In this document: one piece after another, positions 50,485 through 61,805 of the stretch
Layout of the letters: each line of letters opens with the position of its first letter
Numbering within the stretch: the first letter of the stretch is position 1
Made by a program: the position numbers and the translations under genes
NCBI RefSeq assembly: GCF_036365525.1
Contig: NC_090404.1
Location: forward strand, 15,342,550-15,406,549
Reading direction: 5' to 3'
Source: Heterodontus francisci
Lineage: Eukaryota
Length of the DNA: 64,000 nt
Notes under the pieces: model-generated
Seen by the model: only the letters and a program-made list of their open reading frames with translations
Database searches by the model: none
What the model was told of the DNA's origin: nothing

Positions 50485-52760
50485 TAATGCAGTCCTGTGA
50501 GGGTGCTGCACTGTTTGAGGTGCTACCTTTCACATGAGATTCTAAACCGGGACCCTCTGGGTTGGAAGTTAAGGTGTAGTTTGAAGAGGAGAATGGGTCG
50601 TTCTCCTTAAATAAAAATGTTGGAAATACTCCGCAGGTCTGGCAGCATCTGTGGAGAGAGAAGCAGAGTGAATGTTTCAGGTCAGTGACCCTTCATCAGA
50701 ACTGGCAAATATTAGAAATGTAAAAGGTTTTAAGCAAGTAAAGTGGGGATGGGGCAAGAGATAACAAAGGAGAAGGTGTTGATAGGACAAGGTCACAGAA
50801 AATAACTGACCAGAAGGTCGTGGCGCAAAGGCAAACGGTATGTTAATGGTGTGCTGAGAGACAAAGCATTGGGGCAGAGGGTGTTAATTGACAGAAAAAT
50901 GAACAGCCAGGCCCCAAGCACAAACATTAAAAAAAACAGGAACAGTGGGTAGGCACAGTAGAAACAAACTAAAAAATAAAATAAAATAACCAAATAAAAA
51001 TGAATAAAGTATCAAAAAACTAAACATAAAAGGGAGTGCAGTCATGCTCTGAAATTATTGAACTCAATGTTCAGTCCGGCAGGCTGTAGTGTGCCTAATC
51101 ACTAAATGAGATGCTGTTCCTCGTGCTTGCTTTGATGTTCACTGGAACACTGCAGCAATCCCAGGACAGAGATGTGAGCATGAGAGCAGGGGGGAGTGTT
51201 GAAATGGCAAGCGGAAGCTCAGGGTCCTGCTTGCGGACTGAGAGGAGATGTTCCGCAAAGCGGTGACCCAGTCTGCGCTTGGTCTCCCCATCGTAGAGGA
51301 GACCACATTGTGAGCAGTGAATACAGTATACTACATTGAAAGAAGTACAAGTAAATCGCTGCTTCACCTGAAAGGAGTGTTTGGGGCCTGGGATAGTGAG
51401 GAGAGAGGCGATAAATGGGCAGGTGTTACACCTCCTGCGATTGCAGGGGAAGGTGCCATGGGATGGGGACGAGGTGGTGGGGGTCATGGAGGAGTGGACC
51501 AGGGTGTCACGGAGGGAACGATCCCTTTGGAATGCTGACAGGGGAAGGGAGGGGAAGATGCGTTCGGAAGTGGCATCACGCTGGAGGTGGCGGAAATGGC
51601 AGAGGAAGATCCTTTGGATATGGAGGCTGATGGGGTGGAAAGTGAGGACAAGGGGAACCCTGTCACGGTTCTGGGAGGGAGGGGATGGGGTGAGGGTAGA
51701 GGTGCGGGAAATGGACCGGACACAGTTGAGGCCCCTGTCAAGCACAGTGGGGAGGAATCCTCAGTTGAGGAAAAGGGAAGACATATCAGAAGCACCATCA
51801 TGGAAGGTAGCATCATCAGAGCAGATGCATCGGAGATGGAGAAACTGGGAGAATGGAATGGAGTCCCTACAGGAGGCAGGGTGTGAAGAAGTGTAGTCGA
51901 GGTAGCTGTGGGAGTCGGTGGGCTTATAATGGATATTAGTAGACAACCTATCCCCAGAGATGGAGACAGGGAAGTCGAGGAAGGGAAGGGAAGTGTCAGA
52001 GATAGACCATGTAAAGGTGAGAGAAGGGTGGAAATTAGAAGCAAAGTTGATGAAGTTTTCCAGTGCGGGGCGGGAGCAGGAAACGGCACCGATACAGTCA
52101 TCAATGTAGCGGAAAAAGAGTTGGGGGAGGGGGACCGAGTAGGACTGGAACAAGAAACGTTTGACATATCCCACAAAAAGACAGGCATAACTAGGACCCA
52201 TGTGGGTACCCATAGCAACACCTTTTACTTGAAGGAAGTGAGTGGAGTTGAAGGAGAAGTTGTTCAATGTGAGAACAAGTTCAGCCAGGCGGAGGAGGGT
52301 GGTGGTGGATGGGGACTGGTTGGGCCTCTGCTCAAGGAAGAAGCGGAGAGCCTCAAACCATCCTGGTGGGGGATGGAGGTGTAGAGCGACTGGACGTCCA
52401 TAATGAAGAGGAGACGGTTGGGGCCAGGAAAGTGTTCTTCTCCTTGTTGTGTTACCATGTGTATTGAAGAGTTCTCCTAGAATCTATCATTTAGTTTAGC
52501 AATCATTATCATAGTGTTTGACACGTTTGTGTTTCAAGCCAATGACACAACACTGCTTGCCGTTGTTGGCCCAATATTTATCCCTAAACCCAGCAGCACT
52601 AAACAGAGGATCTGCTCATTACCACATCGCTGCTTGTGGGATCTTGCTGTGTCCAAATTGCCTGCCAAGTTTCCTATATTACAAACAGTGACAGTGCTTG
52701 ACCATAAAGCGCTCTGAGACGTCGGGAGTTGTAAAAAGGGCTGCGGGAATGCTGCTCTCT
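50485..52760 (+). mobile_element. DeuSINE/SacSINE1-like SINE split in two (about 50485-50607 and 52555-52760) by the Penelope insertion
   Basis: The left half ends ...TTGAAGAGGAG...GTTCTCC and the right half resumes ...TGGCCCAATATTTATCCCT...GGGATCTTGCTGTG, in the same order as the copy at 58640-58950. Confidence 0.55.
50608..52432 (-). mobile_element. 5'-truncated Penelope-like element (Neptune-type): RT + GIY-YIG endonuclease + 3' pLTR
   Basis: RT motifs MDVQSLYTSIPH, QVKGVAMGTHMGPSYACLF, FFRYIDD, LPFLD, HYKPTD. Cys-rich linker PCNRRRCNTCPF. GIY-YIG segment NVVYCIHCSQCGLLYDGETKRRLGHRFAEH. Frame breaks show it is inactive. The terminal repeat has a degenerate hammerhead at about 50667-50703. 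Confidence 0.92.
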
Positions 52761-53029
52761 TTTCCCATCGGCTGCTTCCCTTGCCGGCTTCGGGTGAAGT
52801 TAGCCTTCCCGGGATATTCCTCTCGTTCCCGCCCCCCCCCCCCCACCCCCAATTCCGTTTTCTCTCTCTCGCCGTTAAACTGAAGACTGAAACACACGGC
52901 ACCTTCTCCAGCGTTACCTACGTTCTTAAACACTCTCAGCCTTTCCGGGCTCACCTGACTTTTCTAGCCCCCACTTCTATCAGCTTCACGAGACCCAAAG
53001 ATTGGTAAAGCCTGGAATTCAAAGAGAGC

Positions 53030-53710
53030 TGGGTGTCCTTGCACACGAATCAGAGAAAGCCAGCACGCAAGCAGTTAAGAAGGCAAATGGTATGTTAGCC
53101 TTCATTGCAAATGGATTGGAGCAGAAGAGTAAGGAACGCACCAACACAGGGCTTTGGTGAGACTGCACCTGGAGCAACCTCCAGTTGTGCTCTCCCTATC
53201 TGAGGAAGGATGTACTTGCCTTAGAGGGAGTGCAGCGAAGGTTCACTACACCGATTCCTGGGATGAGAGGGCTGTCCTACGAGGAGAGATTGAGTAGTGT
53301 GGGCCCTTACTCTCTGGAGTTTAGAAGAATGAGAGGCGATAATTGTGAGAGGGCTCGACAGGGTAGAAGCTGAGGGGCTGTTTCCCTCCCCGGCTGCAGA
53401 ATCTGGAACTAGTGGCGGGGGGTGCTCACAGTCACAGAATAAGGGGGGTGGCTATTTAGGACTGAGACGAGGAGAATATTTTTTCAGGCAGCGAGTGGTT
53501 AGGATCTGGAACGCACTGCCCGAGAGTGTGGTGGAGGCAGATTCAATCGAGGCTTTCAAAAGAGAGCTGGATAATTACGTGAAGAGAAAAGATTGGCTAT
53601 GGGGAAAAGGCAGGGCGGGGGGGTGGGGGGCGGAGCGGAGTGGGACCAGCTCTTGCAGAGGGGCAGACTCGAGGGGCTGAATGGCCTCCTTCTGTGCTGG
53701 AACTGTCCTA
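53030..53710 (+). mobile_element. CR1 LINE 3' fragment
   Basis: Encodes SPYLRKDVLALEGVQRRFT..IPGMRGLSYEERL...YSLEFRRMRGD and FFRQRVVRIWNALP...FKRELD. Tail GGGGCTGAATGGCCTCCTTCTGTGCTG. Confidence 0.9.
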
Positions 53711-55065
53711 TGATCCGATCAGTTTCTTCACTCAGTGGGTGGTGAACCTTGTGGGAATTCCAGTCGTTGTGTGTATTAAAGGCTGGCATGGGTAGATTGT
53801 TTTTTAAATTATTTACTCAAATTCATTCATTAATGAATTGAATTTAAATTCCACCAGCTGCCATGGTGGTATTTGACTCCGTCCCCACCCCCCCACCCTT
53901 CCCCCACTTCCGGGGGGGGGGGGGGGGGGGGGAGACATCAGCCTGGGCCTCTGGATGACTAGCTCAGGGTCATGACCTCTACGCTACTGTCGTTTCCCCC
54001 CCCCCCCCTCGTCAGACGGGTAAAAGTTCCCAGGGGAGTCTGTCCCGGCCAACGTTCCCTCAATCGACATTTCGGAAAACAGAGGATCCGGTCATTCGTC
54101 ACGTCGCCGCTTGCGGGATCTTGCTGTGCGCCAATCGGCTGCTCGCCTTTCCGACGTGGCAAGCGGCCACCACACTTCAAAGAAGCTCCTCGTTGTGCGT
54201 CGAGGGGCTTCAGGACGTTCTGAGCCCGCGAGAGGCGCGACATGAAATGCGAGCCGTTTATTCACTCATTCTCATTTTGACTGGGCGGAGCAGAATGATG
54301 TGGATAGTCCTGGCCGGGAGCGCCAGTCGATGGGACTGTGGAAGAAGGAGCTCTCACTTAACCGTACCCCGGTGAGCTGCACTCCCATAACGCTCCCGTC
54401 CAGAAACACAGCATCACAAAATGGGGGGGGAAAAACTACATTAACCTCTGAGCCTTTATATCACAGAGACGTCTGAACAACTCCTGTTAATTCCTTCACG
54501 TCGCTGTCTTCGCAGAGTGCTGTAATGAGGAATCAAGGGGTCCATCCCGAAGGAGGTTCCCAGCTCTCGTCCCTGTGGTCCGTGCCCGAGGGAGTAGGCC
54601 TCGGCCCAGCCAGTGGTTTAGGGCCTACAGTTCAGGCTCAGTGCCCCTGGGGTTAGGGAAGGTCAGGTTAGGCCCTGTTGCTGAACACTATCCAGTGAAC
54701 CACGTCTAGGAAGCTTCCTGCCTGGACATTGGGCGAGGAGGGAGTCAGAACGAGCTGCCGTCCCTCTTATGCTAATGGCCGCTCGGCTAAACCGTCGACT
54801 CTCACAAAATCGCTCATGATCAGTGAGGGAGAGAGCAAACCATCAGAGTAAAACAACAACTTACACTTAAACGGCACCTCTAATGTGGTATAATGTCCCA
54901 CAGGAGCGATTTTCAACAAAATTCGACTCCGAGCCATGTCAGGAGGCGTTCGGGCAGATCTCTGAGAGCCTGGTCAAAGAGGTAGGTTTTAAGGAGTGTT
55001 TTTGAGGAGGAGAGACAGTTGGAGATGTTTAGGGGGGGAATTTCAGAGCTTAGGCCCCAGGAAGC

Positions 55066-55560
55066 TTTTTGTTATTCATTCATGGGATGTGGGCATCGCT
55101 GGCCAGGCCAGCATTTATTGCCCATCCCTAATTGCCCTTCAGAAGGTGGTGGTGAGCTGCCTTCTTGAACCGCTGCAGTCCATGTGAGGTAGGTGCACCC
55201 ACAGTGCTGTTAGGAAGGGAGAGCCAGGATTTTGACCCTGCGACAGTGAAGGAATGGTGATATAGTTCCAAGTCAGGATAGTGTGTGACATGGAGGGGAA
55301 CTTGCAGGTGGTGGTGTTCCCAAGCACTTGCTGCCCTTGTCCTTCTAGTTGGTAGAGGTTGTGGGTTTGGAAGGTGCTGTCTAAGGAGCCTTGGTGCATT
55401 GCTGCAGTGCATCTTGTAGATGGTACACACTGCTGCCACTGTGCGTCGGTGATGGAGGGAGTGAATGTTTGTAGATGGGATGCCAATCAAGCGGACTGCT
55501 TTGTCCTGGATGGTGTCGAGCTTCTTGAGTGTTGTTGGAGCTGCACCCATCCAGGGAAGT
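55066..55560 (-). mobile_element. Non-LTR retrotransposon (CR1/L2 superfamily) 3' fragment
   Basis: ORF2 C-terminus AAPTTLKKLDTIQDKAVRLIG...HSLHHRRTVAAVCTIYKMH...FTVAGSKSWLSLPN...FKKAAHHHLLKGN, followed by AATAAA and a tail. Confidence 0.85.
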
Positions 55561-55906
55561 GGGGCCTAGGACACTGCTCTGAGGGACTCCTGTCGCAGTG
55601 GGATACCAAGATGTCCCAGTCAATGGGAATCGGGGAAATTCTCCACTGGCTGGAGCCACACATTGCACAGGGGAAGATGGTTGTGGTTTTTCGAGGCCAA
55701 ACATCTCAGCCCCAGGACCACAGGGGAGGGGGTGGGGGTGGGAGTGGGGGAGGGGAGGGGGTGGGGAAGACTGTGCGCGAGATGCTAACTCTCAAGGCAG
55801 GTGTCCGCTGCTTATATTGTTCCCCCACAGACTGCGGCGCTGAGGACGGTTCCGCTGCGGGTCCACCAGAAAAGATGAGTCGAGCCAGAGGTTGGGAGTC
55901 AGGATA

Positions 55907-55912
55907 TTTATT
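55907..55912 (-). terminator. Probable polyadenylation signal of the light-chain gene
   Basis: First AATAAA I find on the minus strand after the C stop codon, about 725 nt downstream. Confidence 0.6.
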
Positions 55913-56637
55913 AGCGATGCGGGGAAACGCACAGAGACATCTTACACATCACAACAGCGGCGGGACATCGCCTCCGAAACGCTTGCCGACGGAACAACAG
56001 TGACTACAGTGCAGTGTTAACTGGCGAAGCTCTGAAGATGTGGTGAACCTCACACAAATCCAGGGCTTTTTTTTGTTATCCCCTCCCACCTACCAGGACC
56101 GCACACGTTACGAGCAATGGGGGGGGGGGGGGGGGGGGGGGGGTTCTCGTCGCCCGGACTTGGGACGCAGACGAGATGCCGGTCGGGGGAAATAAAACCT
56201 TGAGATCCGGAGGCCAAGCGAAATGAGGTTGGTGCCGCGGCCGAAAGCTCCCCCTGGACCGTGAGCAGATCTGGGCACCACACCTTTGGAAGGGATGTCC
56301 TGGCTTTGGAGGGGAGGGGATCTACCGGAATAACACCGGGACTCCGAGGGTTAAATTACGGGAGAGATTAAACAGACAAGGGCTGTATTCCCTGGAATTT
56401 CGACCACTAACGGGTGATTTGATTGACGTTTTCAAGATATTGAGGGTGACAGACGGGGGTAGAGAGAGAGAGAAACCATTTCCGCTGTTTGGGGAGTCTA
56501 GGACCGTGCTCAGTCAGCGTCGATCGGAGAATGTTCTAGAAGGCGTTCCTCGGGGTGACACCTCATTGCCGGGGGTGGGGGTTTGGGGGAGTGGGTGGGG
56601 GTGCAGGTTGGTGGTGTGGGCGATGTGGGGCTTGGGG

Positions 56638-56966
56638 TCAGGGGTCGCAGGTCGCTCTGCTCAGGCTCCTCTCCATCGGCTGGGCCTGCGTCTGGTGCCG
56701 GACCCGGCAGGCGTAACTCCTCCCCGCGTTCCAGTCGCTGGCGGGCAGCCGCAGGTAGCTGGCCAGCCGGTGCGTGGCGTCCGCCTCCACCACCAGCGGG
56801 CTGCGGCTGGTGCCGGCGCTGACCTCTGCGCCGTCGGTGCTCCACTCCACGTCGATAAAGCCCGGGTTAAAGCCGCTCACCAGGCAACTGAGGGTGGCCG
56901 AGCCCGAGGACAGCTCCTCCGCCGAGGGAGGGAAGACGGAGACGGAAGGGGGAAGAGCCGAACTGC
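56638..56966 (-). CDS. Ig light-chain constant exon (C1-set)
   Basis: Polypyrimidine tract + TTCACAG| acceptor, phase 1. Reads (S)SSALPPSVSVFPPSAEELSSGSATLSCLVSGFNPGFIDVEW...SYLRLPASDWNAGRSYACRVRHQ...SRATCDP*, with C1 motifs CxVxxFxP and YxCxVxH and a sub-terminal Cys for the H-L disulfide. Confidence 0.96.
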
Positions 56967-57639
56967 CTGTGAACGGGGAGGGAAGGGAAAAGGAAAAGGA
57001 GAGACAGTCAGAGAACAATCGAGCCGCAAATTAACAGCTGGGCGGCAAACCGGACCCAGACCCCACCCCGGTTAGATTTCTTACACGTCATTCTCCAGAT
57101 GTGGCTCAGACCAGCATTTATTGCCCATCCATAATTGCCCTTGAGAAGTCCAATGGCAGCAGCTGATCCTCAGATGGAACAGCAGCGCCCCCCGAGGGGC
57201 AGAGGCCTCCACTGCAATGGGTAAATTGGGAATATTTGCCCTGGCCAAAGAATAATCCAGCTGCCTCCTTAAAGGGAAGGGGTGCCGGAGGTCCAGTACC
57301 TTTAAACTCCAGCCCCGGGAAAAACTCCACTCAGAATCACCAGATTGCTTTCTAAATTACCCTGCAACCCCTCCCCTTGACCTCTGCAGAGGGAAGCCTC
57401 CCCAGGCCTGAGGCTGATGGACTGCAGCAGGCATCACTGTTCAGGGCTTCCCCCGGGATGCTGAAGCCTTGGCTCCCTGAGTGATATCGATCGGCGACAG
57501 TAAGAGAAGGCGAGTGACAGGACCCTCTACCATTGGTGCTCTGTCACAGATCACGAGGAGGCTCCATTCAGTGGGGACACACCCACCTCACACACCCGTC
57601 TGCAGAGCGGCCCTGCCTAACTCCATCCCCCCTCCGAGG

Positions 57640-58950
57640 TGGCAGCCGTGGCTCAGTCACCCTCACTCTCGGATCTGAGTCAGAAGGTGGTGGGTGTGTG
57701 AGTCCCCACTTTGGAGACTCGAGTCCCATAATCCGGGGCCGACATCCCCGGTTCCAGTACTGAGGGAGTGCTGCACTGTCGGAGGGTCAGTACTGAGGGA
57801 GTGCCGCACTGTCGGTGGGTCAGTACTGAGGGAGTGCCGCACTGTCGGAGGGTCAGTACTGAGGGAGTGCCGCACTGTCGGAGGGTCAGTACTGAGGGAG
57901 TGCCGCACTGTCGGAAGGTCAGTACTGAGGGAGTGCCGCACTGTCGGTGGATCAGTACGGAGGGAGTGCTGCACTGTCGGAGGGTCAGTACTGAGGGAGT
58001 GCTGCACTGTCGCTGGGTCAGTACTGAGGGAGTGCTGCACTGTCGCTGGGTCAGTACTGAGGGAGTGCTGCACTGTCGGAGGGTCAGTACTGAGGGAGCG
58101 CTGCACTGTCGGAGGGTCAGTACTGAGGGAGCGCCGCACTGTCGGAGGGTCAGTACAGAGGGAGTGCCGCACTGTCGGAGGGTCAGTACTGAGGGAGCGT
58201 CGCACTGTCGGAGGGTCAGTACTGAGGGAGCGCTGCACTGTCGGAGGGTCAGTACTGAGGGAGCGCCGCACTGTCGGAGGGTCAGTACTGAGGGAGCGCC
58301 GCACTGTCGGAGGGTCAGTACTGAGGGAGTGCCGTACTGTCGGAGGGTCAGTACTGAGGGAGTGCCGTACTGTCGGAGGGTCAGTACTGAGGGAGTGCCG
58401 TACTGTCAGAGGGTCAGTACTGAGGGAGTGCCGTACTGTCAGAGGGTCAGTACTGAGGGAGCGCTGCACTGTCGGAGGGTCAGTACTGAGTGAGCGCTGC
58501 ACTGTCGGAGGGTCAGTACTGAGGGAGTGCTGTACTGTCGGAGGGTCAGTACTGAGGGAGCGCCACACTGTCGGAGGGTCAGTACTGAGGGAGCATTGCA
58601 CTGTCGGAGGGTCAGTACTGAGGGAGTGCTGCACTGTCGGAGGAGCCGTCTGCTGTCTTAGGTGACCCAGGAGATCCCAAAATCACAAGGTGGGGTTGGG
58701 GGCAGTGGTGAGGGAGTTCTCCGCGATGTCCTGGGGCTAATATTTATCCTGCGATCTGCACCACTACAAAAACAGGTGATCTGGCCACGCATTTCTTTGC
58801 TGTTTGTGGGATCTTGCTGTGCACACTGTCTGCCATGTTTCCCAGATTAACCACAGTGACTGTGTTTCAAAACAAAAGGTGCGTTTAGCGCGCTGGTGAT
58901 GCGCTTTGGGAAGTCCTCAGGACGGGTGCAGGCGCTATAGAAATGCAAAT
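57640..58950 (+). mobile_element. DeuSINE/SacSINE1-like SINE in the J-C intron with an internally expanded 33-bp minisatellite
   Basis: tRNA-like head (GTGGCTCAGT...TCTGAGTCAGAAGGT...GAGTCCCCACT). CAGTACTGAGGGAGTGCCGCACTGTCGGAGGGT is repeated about 27 times (57755-58645), then SINE body and tail GGCGCTATAGAAATGCAA. Confidence 0.7.
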
Positions 58951-59194
58951 TCTGAATTTCTCATCCGTCCCACACCCTTTCTCACCGGGGATGTGGTGGT
59001 GGTTGTGGGGGGGGGTGGCGGGGGTCGGTACCAGAAACCCGCTGCCTGGGGACTCGTGTCCTGGGGCTGAAAGCAGATCTGAAGTTCCCGGCAAGACACG
59101 GCAGGGATTGGCTCCAAAACCGTTTTCGCCGCCACCACGTTTTACCCTCATGCCCAGTCAGCGGAGGGTGGGTCGGTGAACCCAAGACCCCACT

Positions 59195-60420
59195 TCATAC
59201 GTCAGAATGAGTGAGAGTGAAATCCCTGCACAGAGCAGGGGGGATCTGGATCGGGGGGAGGAGGCGAGGGGGAATGTCCATTCAGAATGAGTGGGAGGGA
59301 AAGCATGTCACGGAGCGGGGGGATCTGGATCCGGGATTGGGGGTGGGGGGGCATCCATTCAGAATGAGTGGGAGGGAAATCCCGGCACGGAGCAGGGGGT
59401 CCTGGATCGCAGGGAGGAGGAGGGGGGGGGGGAACGTCCATTCAGAATGAGTGGGAGGGAAATCCCGGCACGGAGCAGGGGGGACTTGGATCGCAGGGAG
59501 GAGGAGGGGGGGTATGTCCATTCAGAATGAGTGGGAGGGAAAGCATGTCACGGAGCGGGGGGATCTGGATCCGGGATTGGGGGTGGGGGAGCATCCATTC
59601 AGAATGAGTGGGAGGGAAATCCCGGCACAGAGCAGGGGGGTCCTGGATCGGAGGGAGGCGTCCATTCAGAATGAGCATGAGGGAAATCCCGGCATGGAGC
59701 AGGGGGAACCTGGATCAGAGTCCATCTGCTCAGTATGAGAGAGAAATCCCATTATGGGCACGAGGACTTGGATCTGGGTTTCATATGCTCAGAGTGGGTG
59801 AGAGTGAAATCCTCGGCATGGAGCAGGAAGATTTATAGGGACAAAGGAATAGGAGACGGCCATTCAGCCCCTCAAGCCTGCTCTGCCATTCAATCAGATC
59901 ATGACTGACCTGCACCTCAATTCCATCTACCTTTCCTGGCCTCCTAACCCTTAATACCTCAACCAAACAACGAAAAGAGTATTGATATCCGTTTTGAAAT
60001 TTTCTATTGAGATTTGCGAAAATGGATCAGGAGCAACTCCACTGAGGGTGAGAGGCAAATCCTGGCATGGTGTAAGAGTTGGATCAGGAGCTCCTCCAGT
60101 GAGAGTGAGAGGCACATCCTGGAGTGAATTTAGAGTAGTTGGATAGGGAGCTCCTCCAGTGGGAGTAAGAGGGAAATCCTGGAATGGATTAAGAGGTGTT
60201 GGATAGGGAGCTCCTCCAGTGGGAGTAAGAGGGAAATCCTGGAATGGATTAAGAGGTGTTGGATAGGGAGCTCCTCCACTCAGAGTGAGAGGGAAATCCC
60301 GACACGGAACGGGGTAGCGTTCGATCAGGAGCTCCTCCAGTGAGAGTGAGAGGGAAATCCTGGAATGGATTTAGAGGAGTTGGATAGGGAGCTCCTCCAG
60401 TGAGAGTGAGAGGAGATCAA
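59195..60420. repeat. Related minisatellites of about 80 bp (59195-59830) and 60 bp (60020-60420) in the J-C intron, separated by a CR1 tail fragment
   Basis: Units TCCATTCAGAATGAGTGGGAGGGAAATCCCGGCACGGAGCAGG... and GGATAGGGAGCTCCTCCAGTGGGAGTAAGAGGGAAATCCTGGAATGGATT... Confidence 0.9.
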
Positions 60421-61427
60421 TTTTAACACTCGGGACAGGGAAGTAAGCTGACAAGCGACTGGCTCATCCGGGAGCAGAAGGAGGGAGGCCCTGCCTGTTT
60501 TACTTGGACCCATCAACATACCGTGCACCCAACTCCCTGGACGAGAGGTTGGCACGTTTGGGGGCCGTAAGTGGCCCTTTAACATCTCATTGGCGGCTCC
60601 CAACTCTTTTACAACCACTGTCACAACCACTATTGTTTCTAATATTTCTGAGATCATAAATTATTCTGAATCTGCTATTAGAAGCCTTTTTTTAAATAAT
60701 CACGAGAATCACTATCCGAAAAAGTTGTCTAAATTCTACGCATCTTAAGTTAAAGTTTTTTTGTGAAATGAATTTACTGACAAAACTATAGTTTAAAAAA
60801 GTTTTGATTCAGAGTCAGGACTAGTTTAATTTAGATTTTTATCTGTTGAAGAGGCCACTGAGAAATGGTGAGAGGAATTTGATTCAGGTTGGAACGCATT
60901 CCCTGGAATATAGAAGAGCGAGGGCTGATTTGATCCGGGCGTTTAAAATGTGAACGGGATTTGATAGGGCAGTGACGGCCAAGCTAATTCCCCCGGGAGC
61001 GGCACAGGTGACTTGACCGCTTATCACACTTCCGACTGCGGGATCGTGCTGTGCGTAAATTGGCTGCTGCGTTTCCGACTGCAACCGCGACTGTGCGACG
61101 AAAAGAAAAGCACCCCCTTGGCTGTACAGCGTGTGAGGTCGTGACAGACGCTACGGAAATGCGCACCCTGGCTTTGAATTTTGAGACTGGGCTCGCACCC
61201 CCCCCCCCCCCACCCCAGCAGAAAGTGACTCTGTCCCGTCCGACACCCGTCCCACTTGCAGATGTTCCCGACGCAGACCTGGGGTGCGGGGAGGGGGACT
61301 GAAAGGATTTATCAATGCTTTCCCCCGCTCCCACAAAACAACAACAAGCAGAGTTGAAGCATTTAGGAAGAGACCTGACTGAAGCCTCCGAGCTCAGTGA
61401 AGAAAGGGTTAAAAAACAGTTACTCAC

Positions 61428-61466
61428 TCTTGACGTCCAATGGGGTTCCATTGCCAGTGTAATACG
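61428..61466 (-). CDS. Ig light-chain J segment (YYTGNGTPLDVK, non-canonical FGxG)
   Basis: 39 nt between the heptamer and donor A|GTGAGT: CG TAT TAC ACT GGC AAT GGA ACC CCA TTG GAC GTC AAG A. It shows the GxGTxLxV pattern, and its phase-1 end matches the C exon. Confidence 0.9.
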
Positions 61467-61506
61467 CACAGTGTGTCAGAAAGAGGGAGGGCGTCGTACA
61501 AAAACC
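61467..61506 (+). other. J recombination signal sequence, 23-type (24-bp spacer)
   Basis: Plus strand CACAGTG (61467-61473) + 24 nt + ACAAAAACC (61498-61506). Heptamer and nonamer are both perfect, and it faces the V RSS in deletional orientation. Confidence 0.93.
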
Positions 61507-61519
61507 TCAGCTTCCTTTA

Positions 61520-61805
61520 TCTTCATTCACGGGGTGTGGGCGTCACTGGCACACACACACACTATTGCCCTTGAGAAGGTGGTGGTGAGCTGCCTTCTTG
61601 ATCCGCTGCCGTCCATGTGGGGTAGGTACACCCACAGTGCTGTTAGGAAGGGAGTTCCAGGATTTTGACCCAGCGACAGTGAAGGAACGGCGATATAGTT
61701 CCAAGTCAGGATGGTGTGTGACTTGGAGGGGAACTTGCAGGTGGTGGTGTTCCCATGCATCTGCTGCCCTTGTCCTCCTAGTTGGTAGAGGTCGCGGGTT
61801 TGAGT
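61520..61805 (-). mobile_element. 3' fragment of the same LINE family, inside the V-J interval
   Basis: Encodes ...PTRRTRAADAWEHHHLQVP...FTVAGSKSWNSLPNSTVG...KKAAHHHLLKGN and is closely similar to 55130-55370. Confidence 0.85.

Noticed and set aside
61633-61639. CACAGTG between V and J suggesting a D segment
   Set aside because: It is part of the LINE fragment (same motif at about 55200), with no nonamer and no opposing RSS. V-12 and J-23 already satisfy the 12/23 rule.
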